Source: Actinoplanes sp.
GTDB taxonomy: Bacteria; Actinomycetota; Actinomycetes; Mycobacteriales; Micromonosporaceae
Assembly: GCA_036557765.1 (NCBI GenBank)
Contig: DATBGW010000139.1
Span: 1-39,269 of the forward strand
Direction: 5' to 3'
Length of the DNA stretch: 39,269 bases
A program made the position numbers and the translations under genes. The notes below the pieces were generated by a model, which worked only from the letters and a program-made list of their open reading frames with translations, ran no database searches and had not been told where the DNA came from. How positions within the stretch are numbered: the first letter of the stretch is position 1; the number at the start of each line of letters is the position of its first letter. Shown here piece after piece: positions 1 to 9,313 of the stretch.

Positions 1-201
1 GCCCGGCCCGGCGCGCGGCTGGACGCCGGCCGGTCGTTCGGGATGACGCTGCACGGCAGCTACCACGACGCCAACCCGCTGCCGCTCACGTTCGCTCTGG
101 ACGGCCACGCCTGCGTGACCGAGGTGATCGGCGCGACCACGGCACGCGTACGGCACACTGCCGACGACCGGCCGGTGGCGGCGCAGCGGGGCGCCCGATG
201 A
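1..201 (+). CDS. 3' end of a gene starting before the window; C-terminus resembles a CBM2 (cellulose-binding)-like domain
   Basis: Frame 1 is open to TGA 199-201; translation ...SFGMTLHGSYHDANPLPLTFALDGHAC... resembles the end of CBM2 domains (GSY-x-x-x-NPxPxxFxLxGxxC). Not in the ORF track because it has no start. Confidence 0.55.
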   Translation, partial: ARPGARLDAGRSFGMTLHGSYHDANPLPLTFALDGHACVTEVIGATTARVRHTADDRPVAAQRGAR

Positions 202-202
202 T

Positions 203-284
203 CCTCCGCGATCTTGGAGTTGTGGTTGGCACGAATGCGGACAGAGTCTGCATAAGGGCAACCACAACTCCAAGATCGCGGAGG
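203..284. repeat. Palindromic REP/REPIN-like element copy 1 (core 210-277)
   Basis: Perfect 26-bp inverted repeat CCTCCGCGATCTTGGAGTTGTGGTTG (203-228) / 259-284 around a 30-nt spacer GCACGAATGCGGACAGAGTCTGCATAAGGG; lies between convergent genes. Confidence 0.95.
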
Positions 285-294
285 GTTTTGGGAG

Positions 295-693
295 TCATCC
301 CGCGCCGCCGGTGAACCGGCCCTCGCCGGCCCGGTTCGTACGGAACCGCAACGCCGACCAGTGATCGTCGATCGCCACCTGGCTGTTCGGCCGCATGTCG
401 AAGTCCGCGACGATCGGCCACAACGAGTCCCGGTTGATGTCGGCCCTGTTGCCCTTGGGATAGGCGATCCACAGCACCCCGGGCTTACCGAGGTCGGCGG
501 CGTGTTCGGACAGCAGCGCACGGGCGTTCTCGGCGCTCTCGACGAACAGCACCGCGGTGCTGGCGGTCGCCATCGCGTCCGCTTCCCGTACGCCGTCGGG
601 CATCGGCGTGAGCAGCGGCAACCGCGCCGGATCCGACAGCCAGACCGTCGTGTTCGGCTTGATCTGCAGCTTGTCCGCAATCGTCTTCGTCAT
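295..693 (-). CDS. Conserved hypothetical protein (DUF3052-like, WIAYPK/DINRD/WSALRF motifs)
   Basis: MTKTIADKLQIKP...LWIAYPKGNRADINRDSLW...QVAIDDHWSALRFR is a recognisable small conserved family; start re-assigned to ATG at 693. Confidence 0.75.
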   Translation of the reverse strand: MTKTIADKLQIKPNTTVWLSDPARLPLLTPMPDGVREADAMATASTAVLFVESAENARALLSEHAADLGKPGVLWIAYPKGNRADINRDSLWPIVADFDMRPNSQVAIDDHWSALRFRTNRAGEGRFTGGAG

Positions 694-772
694 GGATCCC
701 ACGCTGCCACAGCCCTCTCGGGTTTGGTCGATTCTCCGCGCCGACCGGAGGTCCAGGCGCCGGCAGCAGCAC

Positions 773-794
773 TGTCGGGGGTGGCTGATAGACA
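773..794 (+). promoter_or_regulatory. PafBC/RecA-NDp-like DNA-damage promoter motif upstream of recQ
   Basis: TGTCGG(773-778)-N10-TA(789-790)-GAC-A; consensus TGTCGG-N10-TA-N3-T with only the last base mismatched; 6 nt before the GTG start. Confidence 0.55.
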
Positions 795-800
795 TGCCGC

Positions 801-2909
801 GTGGAACAAGTGCGGGACCGAGCCGAGGAGGTGCTGCGCCGGCTCGCCGGCGCGGGTGCCAGGCTGCGCGACGACCAGTGGCGGGCCGTGGCGGCCCTCG
901 TGGTCGACCGGCGCCGGGTGCTCTGCGTCCAGCGAACGGGCTGGGGCAAGTCGGCGGTCTACTTCGTCGCCACGGCGCTGCTGCGCGCCGGCGTCGCGGG
1001 GGAGCCGCCCGCCGGCCCGACGGTGATCGTGTCCCCGTTGCTCGCGCTGATGCGCAACCAGGTGGACGCGGCGGCGCGCGCCGGCATCCGCGCCCGCACG
1101 ATCAACTCGGCGAACCTCGACGAGTGGGACGAGATCACCGCCGAGATCCGCGCCGGTGCCGTGGACGTGCTGTTGATCAGCCCGGAGCGGCTCAACAATC
1201 CCGACTTCCGGGACCACGTGCTGCCCGGGCTCGCCGCGACGACCGGCCTGCTGGTGGTGGACGAGGCGCATTGCGTCTCCGATTGGGGACACGACTTCCG
1301 TCCCGACTACCGGCGGCTGCGGACGTTCCTGGCCGGACTGCCGGGCCGCACGCCGGTGCTGGCGACCACGGCCACCGCGAACGCCCGCGTCGCCGCGGAC
1401 GTGGCCGAGCAGCTGGGCGACGCCCTGGTCCTGCGCGGACCGCTGGACCGTGACTCGCTGCGGCTCGCCGTGGTACGCCTGCCCAGCCCCGCCCACCGGC
1501 TGGCGTGGCTCGCCGACCACCTGGAGCGCCTGCCCGGCTCCGGGATCATCTACACGCTGACGGTGGCCGGGGCCACCGAGATCGCGGACTTCCTCCGGTC
1601 CCGGGGGTTCACGGTCGCCGCCTACACCGGCCAGGCGGAGGACGCCGAGCGTCGGGCCGCCGAGCAGGGTCTGCTGGACAACAAGATCAAGGCGCTGGTC
1701 GCCACCTCGGCGCTGGGAATGGGCTTCGACAAACCGGATCTGGGCTTCGTCGTGCACGTGGGCGCCCCGCCGTCCCCGATCGCGTATTACCAGCAGGTCG
1801 GCCGGGCCGGCCGGGCGGTCGAGCACGCCGAGGTGGTGCTGCTGCCCGGGCCGGAGGATGCCGCGATCTGGCGGTACTTCGCGTCGCTGGCGTTCCCGCC
1901 CGAGGACCAGGTCCGCTCGGTGCTGGCCAACCTGTCGCCGGATCGCCCGCTCTCCACCCAGGCGCTCGAACCGCTTGTCGATCTGCGCCGGACCCGGCTC
2001 GAGATGATGCTCAAGGTGCTCGACGTGGACGGCGCCGTCCGGCGCCAGCGCGGCGGCTGGATCGCCACCGGACAGCCATGGACATACGACGCCGAGCGGT
2101 TGCGCCGGGTCGCCGAGGCCCGGATCGCCGAGCAGCAGTCCATGATCGAGTACGCCGAGACCACGGGTTGCCGGATCGAGTTCCTCCGCCGGTGCCTGGA
2201 CGACGCGGACGCCCGGCCGTGTGGCCGCTGCGATTCCTGTGCGGGGCCGATGTTCGACGCCGAGGTGGCGGCCGGGTCGTTGTCCGCCGCGAACATGTTC
2301 CTGGGCCGGCCCGGTGTCGAGATCTCGCCGAAGAAGCTCTGGCCGACCGGCATGGAAGCGGTCGGTGTGCCGCTGAAGGGCCGCATCGCGCCGGCCGAGC
2401 AGATCCGGCCCGGCCGCGCTGTCGGCCGCCTCGCCGACCTCGGCTGGGGTGCGCGTCTGCGAACCGTGGTGTCGTCCGACGGGGCCATCCCGGCCGACCT
2501 CGCGGCCGCGGTGATCGAAGTGCTCAGGTCCTGGGCGCACGGTGACGACCGCTGGGAGCAGCGTCCGGTCGCCGTCGTCGCGGTCGGCTCCCAACGGCGT
2601 CCCGAGCTCGTGCAGAGCCTCGCGTCGCACGTCGCCGCCGTCGGCCGCCTTCCCCTCCTCGGCACTGTCACGTCGGCACATGCCGGCGAGACCGGGCAGC
2701 GTGGCAACAGTGCGCAGCGCGTCCGCGCGTTGCACGATGCGTTCGGGCTACCGGCCGGATTGGCGGACGCGGTGTCCATGCTCGACGGTCCGGTGCTCCT
2801 GGTCGACGACCTGGTGGAGTCGGGGTGGACGATGACGCTGGCCGGGCGCGTGCTGCGGCAGGCCGGTGCGCCGGCGGTGCTGCCACTCGCGTTGGCGGTG
2901 TCCACATGA
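801..2909 (+). CDS. recQ: RecQ-family ATP-dependent DNA helicase with C-terminal PRTase-like domain
   Basis: Walker A TGWGKS, DEAHCVSDWGHDFRPDY, ATSALGMGFDKPD, YYQQVGRAGR, Zn-binding CR...CGRCDSC; C-terminal VLLVDD..SGWT PRPP-binding-like motif. Confidence 0.93.
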   Translation: MEQVRDRAEEVLRRLAGAGARLRDDQWRAVAALVVDRRRVLCVQRTGWGKSAVYFVATALLRAGVAGEPPAGPTVIVSPLLALMRNQVDAAARAGIRARTINSANLDEWDEITAEIRAGAVDVLLISPERLNNPDFRDHVLPGLAATTGLLVVDEAHCVSDWGHDFRPDYRRLRTFLAGLPGRTPVLATTATANARVAADVAEQLGDALVLRGPLDRDSLRLAVVRLPSPAHRLAWLADHLERLPGSGIIYTLTVAGATEIADFLRSRGFTVAAYTGQAEDAERRAAEQGLLDNKIKALVATSALGMGFDKPDLGFVVHVGAPPSPIAYYQQVGRAGRAVEHAEVVLLPGPEDAAIWRYFASLAFPPEDQVRSVLANLSPDRPLSTQALEPLVDLRRTRLEMMLKVLDVDGAVRRQRGGWIATGQPWTYDAERLRRVAEARIAEQQSMIEYAETTGCRIEFLRRCLDDADARPCGRCDSCAGPMFDAEVAAGSLSAANMFLGRPGVEISPKKLWPTGMEAVGVPLKGRIAPAEQIRPGRAVGRLADLGWGARLRTVVSSDGAIPADLAAAVIEVLRSWAHGDDRWEQRPVAVVAVGSQRRPELVQSLASHVAAVGRLPLLGTVTSAHAGETGQRGNSAQRVRALHDAFGLPAGLADAVSMLDGPVLLVDDLVESGWTMTLAGRVLRQAGAPAVLPLALAVST

Positions 2910-2916
2910 CGGTTCG

Positions 2917-2936
2917 ATACGGGTGGGGGGTATGCT
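2917..2936 (+). promoter_or_regulatory. CsoR operator overlapping a leaderless -10 element
   Basis: ATACGGGTGGGGGGTAT (2917-2933), TAC-N9 G-tract-GTA as in CsoR type-1 sites; TATGCT -10 at 2931-2936, 6 nt before csoR ATG. Confidence 0.7.
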
Positions 2937-2942
2937 TCAAGC

Positions 2943-3251
2943 ATGCCCGACGAAGAGATCGCCGTGGGTCACGGCCCGCACGGTTACTCCGGCGACAAGC
3001 GTGCGCTGCTCGGCCGCCTCCGCCGGATCGAGGGACAGATCCGCGGCCTGCAACGGATGGTCGAGGAGGACACGTACTGCATCGACGTCCTGACCCAGAT
3101 CTCCGCCGCGAAGAGCGCCCTGCACGCCGTCGCGGTCGGGCTGCTCGAGGATCACCTGGCCCACTGCGTCGTGGACGCGGCACGGCAGGGCGACCCGTCG
3201 GCGAAGGTGAAAGAGGCCTCCGACGCGATCGCCCGCCTGGTTCGCTCCTGA
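2943..3251 (+). CDS. csoR: CsoR/RcnR-family copper-sensing repressor
   Basis: RLRRIEGQIRGLQRMVEEDTYCIDVLTQISA...HLAHC with the Cys/His/Cys Cu(I) ligands. Confidence 0.93.
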   Translation: MPDEEIAVGHGPHGYSGDKRALLGRLRRIEGQIRGLQRMVEEDTYCIDVLTQISAAKSALHAVAVGLLEDHLAHCVVDAARQGDPSAKVKEASDAIARLVRS

Positions 3252-3276
3252 CCATCGAAACGATCGAAGGAACCAC

Positions 3277-3489
3277 ATGGCCGTCACCAACACCTACACC
3301 GTCACCGGGATGACCTGCGAGCACTGCGTCACCGCCGTCACCGGCGAGCTGTCCGCGCTTCCCGGTGTCGCCGACATCAGGGTCGACCTCGGTACCGGGA
3401 CGGTCACCGTGTCCAGCGACGCACCCCTACCGGACGACGCGGTCCGGACGGCCGTGGACGAGGCGGGGTACGAGCTCGCCGATGCCTGA
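3277..3489 (+). CDS. copZ: Copper chaperone CopZ (HMA domain)
   Basis: 70 aa, GMTCEHC motif, C-terminal EAGY; RBS AAGGA upstream. Confidence 0.93.
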   Translation: MAVTNTYTVTGMTCEHCVTAVTGELSALPGVADIRVDLGTGTVTVSSDAPLPDDAVRTAVDEAGYELADA

Positions 3490-4411
3490 GACGCTCCACG
3501 AGGCGCCCGCTCCGGCGCCGCCGCGGGGCACGGCCGGTGACCACGTCGGCTTCCGGCTCGTGGTGTTCGCCACGCTGCTGGTCGTGACGCTCCTCGCCGG
3601 ATACGGGCTGGGTTGGATCACCGGCCGGCCGACGGCCGCGGATCCGGCCCGTTCCGCCCCGGGCATGACCGCTCACGAGATCCCACCGCATGCGCATACC
3701 GCCGCCCCCGCCGCCGCGGCGGGTGCCGGCGGTCTCGCCATCAGCGCCGACGGCCTCACGCTGGTGCCGGAGAGCACCACGTTCCCGGCTCAGCGATTCG
3801 CCTTCCGGATCACCGCGGGCGGCATACCCGTCACCACGTACGCGGTCGTGCACGACAAGCCGCTGCATCTGGTGGTGATCCGCCGCGACCTGTCCGGCTT
3901 CCAGCACCTGCATCCGACCATGGCGCCGGACGGCACCTGGAGCACCGATCTCACCCTTCCGGCGGCGGGCAGTTACCGGGCGATCGCCGATTTCACCGCG
4001 ATCCTCGGGGGCCGGCCGGTCGCGACCACGCTCGGCGCCGACCTGACCGTCACCGGGAGCTACGTGCCGGTCGTGCTGCCGACGCCGGCTCGGCGGGCGA
4101 CCACCGACGGCTTCTCCGTGTCGTACGACGGGACGCCACGGACAGGGTCCACCCAGCCGATCGTGGTGAACGTGACCGGCGCGGGCGGCCGGCCCGCGGT
4201 GCTGCAGCCGTACCTGGGCGCCTTCGGTCACCTGGTCGTGCTGCGGCAGGGCGATCTCGGATACGTACACGTGCACCCGGAGCCGCAACTGGCCGACGGT
4301 GGGGTCAGGTTCTGGCTCGCCGCGCCCAGCGCCGGCTCGTACCGGATGTTCTTCGACTTCCGCGTCGGCGGGCGGGTCCACACGGCCGCGTGGACAGTCA
4401 CCGTGAACTGA
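3482..4411 (+). CDS. Membrane-anchored His-motif protein of the actinobacterial copZ neighbourhood (putative metal-binding)
   Basis: ATG 3482 overlaps the copZ stop; N-terminal TM segment, then two related domains with HDKPLHLVV/FQHLHP and GAFGHLVV/YVHVHP motifs. Confidence 0.75.
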   Translation: MPETLHEAPAPAPPRGTAGDHVGFRLVVFATLLVVTLLAGYGLGWITGRPTAADPARSAPGMTAHEIPPHAHTAAPAAAAGAGGLAISADGLTLVPESTTFPAQRFAFRITAGGIPVTTYAVVHDKPLHLVVIRRDLSGFQHLHPTMAPDGTWSTDLTLPAAGSYRAIADFTAILGGRPVATTLGADLTVTGSYVPVVLPTPARRATTDGFSVSYDGTPRTGSTQPIVVNVTGAGGRPAVLQPYLGAFGHLVVLRQGDLGYVHVHPEPQLADGGVRFWLAAPSAGSYRMFFDFRVGGRVHTAAWTVTVN

Positions 4412-5549
4412 GCAGCCGCTCCAGCGCGGGCGTCACACCCCACTGCGCGGTCAGCGCGTCGTACTCGGCCCGCGCGTTCCCGTCCGCCCGGCCGGTCCGC
4501 CGTGCCCGGAGCAGCAGATTCCGCGGGGTGTGCGCGGAGTCCACGAACTCGACCACGTCAACCTTGTAGCCGCTAAGCCGCAGCAACGCGGCCCGCAACG
4601 TGTCGGTCAGCACGTCCGCGAAGCGTTCCCGCAGAATGCCGTGCCGGACGATCTCCCCGTACGGCTCGGGCGCGGGCCGTCCCTTGAGCTGGGCCGCGAT
4701 GTCGTGATGGCAGCACGGCGCCGCCAGCACCCAGCTCGCGTCCCAGGCGATCGCGCGCGCGAGCGCCTGATCGGTGGCCGTGTCGCAGGCGTGCAGCGCC
4801 AGCACCAGATCCGGCGCGGCGTCGACCACCGCGTCCTCGATCGTGCCGGCCACGAACGACACCGCGTCGGAGCAGCCTAGTTCGCCGGCCAGCGCGGTGT
4901 TGCGTACCCGCTGATCCTCACGGACATCCACGCCCACGACCTGGACCTTCGCGCCGAGATCGGCCAGATATCGATACGCCGCGAACGTCAGGTACGCGTT
5001 GCCGCAGCCGAGATCGACGACACGAAGCGGCGACGGCAGAGCGGCCGGGTCGGCGGGCAGCGTCGCGGCCAGCGCACGCAGGAACGCGTCGACCTGGCGC
5101 CGCTTCGGCCCGGTGCCGCCGACCACGGTGAACAGCGGATCACCGGGGTCGAGCAGCCACTCCTTGGCGCGATCATGATCCTGCGAGACGGCCACCGGCG
5201 CCGCGGCGGTCGCTCGATGGACCTGTGCGTCGCCCTTCTTCGTGACGCGGACCTGCACGGTCGCGGACGTGGTCTCGACGTGCCAGTTTCCGAACGGTTC
5301 CGCCAGTAGGGCGTCGACCGCCGCGGCGGCCTCCGCACCCGGTGCGGCGTTGCGGGTGAACGGCCGGGTGCCGTCGTCCGTGACGATCTGCAGGTGCGGG
5401 CCGGCCTTGAGCGTCACCGGCCGTAGTTCCACCCGTGCGATCGACGGCGGCTGACCCCGGCGCCGGCCGGACGCGACCGCACGCCGCAGCGTCGGGTCGA
5501 GAAGCAACCCGCGCAGTTCGGTCAGGACGGCGTCCAGGGATTCCGGCAT
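4398..5549 (-). CDS. Class I SAM-dependent methyltransferase (Methyltransf_32-like)
   Basis: VVDLGCGNAYLTF SAM motif, ALHACDTATD, APCCHH, HTPRNLLL. Confidence 0.88.
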   Translation of the reverse strand: MPESLDAVLTELRGLLLDPTLRRAVASGRRRGQPPSIARVELRPVTLKAGPHLQIVTDDGTRPFTRNAAPGAEAAAAVDALLAEPFGNWHVETTSATVQVRVTKKGDAQVHRATAAAPVAVSQDHDRAKEWLLDPGDPLFTVVGGTGPKRRQVDAFLRALAATLPADPAALPSPLRVVDLGCGNAYLTFAAYRYLADLGAKVQVVGVDVREDQRVRNTALAGELGCSDAVSFVAGTIEDAVVDAAPDLVLALHACDTATDQALARAIAWDASWVLAAPCCHHDIAAQLKGRPAPEPYGEIVRHGILRERFADVLTDTLRAALLRLSGYKVDVVEFVDSAHTPRNLLLRARRTGRADGNARAEYDALTAQWGVTPALERLLSSR

Positions 5550-5609
5550 CTCCCCATTCTGCCTACTCCGTCGGACCCGACGCAGACCACATAGGGTAAA
5601 GGTAGGGAC

Positions 5610-6340
5610 ATGAGAGTTCTCCTCACATCGGCCGGTATCAAGAACAGCAGCATCCGCGACGCGCTGGTCGACCTACTGGGCAAACCGATAGCCGAGGCCG
5701 ACGCCCTCTTCATCCCCACCGCCATCTACCCGTTCCCCGGCGGGCCCGGCATGGCGTGGCGGGCGATCAGCGGCAAGACGTCATCGCCGTTGTGCGACCT
5801 GGGATGGAAGTCGTTGGGGATTCTGGAGCTGACGGCGCTGCCGAGCATCGAGGAGGCTGCTTGGGTGCCGACGGTCCGGGACGCCGACGCACTGCTGGTA
5901 TGGGGCGGAGACCCTCTGTTCCTCGCCAACTGGATGCGGCGATCCGGGCTGACCGATCTGCTGCCGACGCTGCGTTCCGAGGCGGTCTACGTGGGGGTGA
6001 GCGCCGGCAGCATCGCTGCCACCTCCACGTTCGTCGAGACCTACATCGAACCGCCCCGCGGGGCGGATGGCCCGCTGAAGTCGGAGGACATCGTCTTCAC
6101 CACGGCCGAGGGTGACGTCGACAGGATCCTGGTCACCGGCCAGGGTGCGGGACTCGTCGACTTCGCGGTGATTCCGCACCTGGAGCACGCGGACCACCCG
6201 GACGCTTCGTTGGTCAACGCGGAACGATGGGCGGCGCACATTCCCGCGCCGACGTACGCGATCGACGACGAGACCGCCATCGAGGTGGTCGACGGCGCCG
6301 CCCGGGTCGTCTCCGAGGGGCAGTGGAGACTGTTCCAGCC

Positions 6341-6344
<4 letters not shown>
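5610..6344 (+). CDS. Peptidase E-like (family S51, class I GATase-like fold)
   Basis: LLTSAG, FIPTA, VWGGD, nucleophile elbow GVSAGS, IPHL, YAIDD, VSEG. Confidence 0.88.
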
Positions 6345-8011
<1,667 letters not shown>

Positions 8012-8194
8012 GAAGTTTTACGGGTGCCTCTCGCTGTGCGCCCGTCAAGTCCTGGGCGCGGTGTGGGTATCGCGGGCCACACGCGAATGGGAACTCGCGG
8101 GCCGCACGCGCGTCACCGGCGTGGGATCGGAAACGATCGACCTCGGCGGCAACGTCGTCCAGTCTACCCGACCGCGGAAACCAGCACGTCAAAG

Positions 8195-8227
8195 CCGGAA
8201 AGGCCGAGAAAGTCTCGGCCTTTCCGG
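8195..8227 (-). terminator. Strong hairpin, probable terminator of the TetR-DUF3107 transcript
   Basis: CCGGAAAGGCCGAGA-aag-TCTCGGCCTTTCCGG, 15-bp perfect stem just 3' of the DUF3107 stop on the minus strand. Confidence 0.7.
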
Positions 8228-8235
8228 TAGCAGCG

Positions 8236-8460
8236 TCAGCGCGTGGTGAAGCCGAACGGCCGGTTCGACGTCTCGGCGATCTCCACGTAGGCCACCTTGT
8301 CGATCGGAACGATCACCCGGCGGCCCTTCTCGTCCGTGAGCGTCAGCACACTGTCCTTGGCCATGGCCTCGGCCACGGCCTGCTCGACCTCCGCCGGGGT
8401 CTGAGCGCTTTCCAGCGTCAGCTCACGCGGCGCATGCTGCACGCCGATCTTGACCTCCAC
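8236..8460 (-). CDS. DUF3107 family small protein
   Basis: (M)EVKIGVQHAPRELTLES...LTDEKGRRVIVPIDKVAYVEI; GGAGG RBS before GTG at 8460; conserved synteny with the DEAD helicase and TetR. Confidence 0.9.
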   Translation of the reverse strand: MEVKIGVQHAPRELTLESAQTPAEVEQAVAEAMAKDSVLTLTDEKGRRVIVPIDKVAYVEIAETSNRPFGFTTR

Positions 8461-8495
8461 GGGGTCCTCCCTCTTGTCCTCTTCCACCAAAAAGG

Positions 8496-9155
8496 CTAGC
8501 CGATGTCCGGCGTCGCTCCGGGTGATGACCCACCTTGCAGCGGAAAGCTCGCAATGCCCCGCCAGATCAACGTCGCGACCAGCGCCTCCGCCTCGGCCTT
8601 GGCGGTGCGGCGGCCGTTCGCCAGCCAGAACTGCGCGGTCTGGCCGGCCGCACCGACGATGCCGGAGGCGAGCAGCTCGGCCTGCGCCGTGTCGAGGCCG
8701 GTGTCCGAGATGATGGTGTCCGTCACGGCCGCGATGCAGCCCTGCTCGACCCGTTCCACCCGTTGCCGTACCGCCGGGTCGTTGCGCAGGTCCGACTCGA
8801 AGACCAGCCGGAACGCCTCGCTCTCGTGGTCGACGAAGTCGAAGTACGCACGGACCGCGCCGTTGACCCGTTCCTTGTTGTCCGGCGTCTCCAGCATGGC
8901 GGTCTGTACCTTGGCGATGATCGCGTCGCAGTGTGTGTCCAGCAGCGCGAGGTAGAGCTCCAGCTTTCCGGGGAAGTGCTGGTACAGCACCGGCTTGGAC
9001 ACACCGGCCCGCTCGGCGATGTCGTCCATGGCGGCGGCGTGGTACCCGTGCGCCACGAAGATCTGCTGCGCGGCGGCGAGGAGTTGCTTTCGGCGTGCGG
9101 AACGTGGCAGGCGCGTCGGACGCGCTGTCTGTGCCCCACCGGATGCGGCGGTCAT
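8496..9155 (-). CDS. TetR/AcrR-family transcriptional regulator
   Basis: HTH MDDIAERAGVSKPVLYQHFPGKLELY; GGAGG RBS before ATG at 9155. Confidence 0.92.
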   Translation of the reverse strand: MTAASGGAQTARPTRLPRSARRKQLLAAAQQIFVAHGYHAAAMDDIAERAGVSKPVLYQHFPGKLELYLALLDTHCDAIIAKVQTAMLETPDNKERVNGAVRAYFDFVDHESEAFRLVFESDLRNDPAVRQRVERVEQGCIAAVTDTIISDTGLDTAQAELLASGIVGAAGQTAQFWLANGRRTAKAEAEALVATLIWRGIASFPLQGGSSPGATPDIG

Positions 9156-9313
9156 CGTTGTTTCAACCTCCGAGGCATCGGTCCCCGCAATTGTCGGTGC
9201 CAACTGCCCGGAACGCCGTGTGTCGCGGCCGGACGGGTAATTCTCGCGCGGCAGCAACTTATCGCCACTCGAACCACACGGTAGCCTCAGCGGGGGCGAG
9301 CGAGGAGCGCGCG

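Noticed and set aside
60-680. Recurring peptides RSWSCG...NHNSKIA, ILELWL..QPQLQDR and DLGVVV..TTTPRS in many track ORFs as a repeated protein domain
   Set aside because: They are translations of the non-coding palindrome in shadow frames.
690-2735. Long antisense or alternative-frame ORFs (e.g. 690-2735, 20811-22940, 33021-35636, 36662-38596)
   Set aside because: They overlap well-supported genes, have Arg/Gly/Pro-biased composition and no motifs; expected from stop-codon scarcity in high-GC DNA.
8012-8166. Riboswitch or ncRNA in the long leader of the DEAD-box helicase (TAGACT -10 at 8161-8166, minus strand)
   Set aside because: No recognisable aptamer or convincing structure by eye; an Rfam/Infernal search would be needed.
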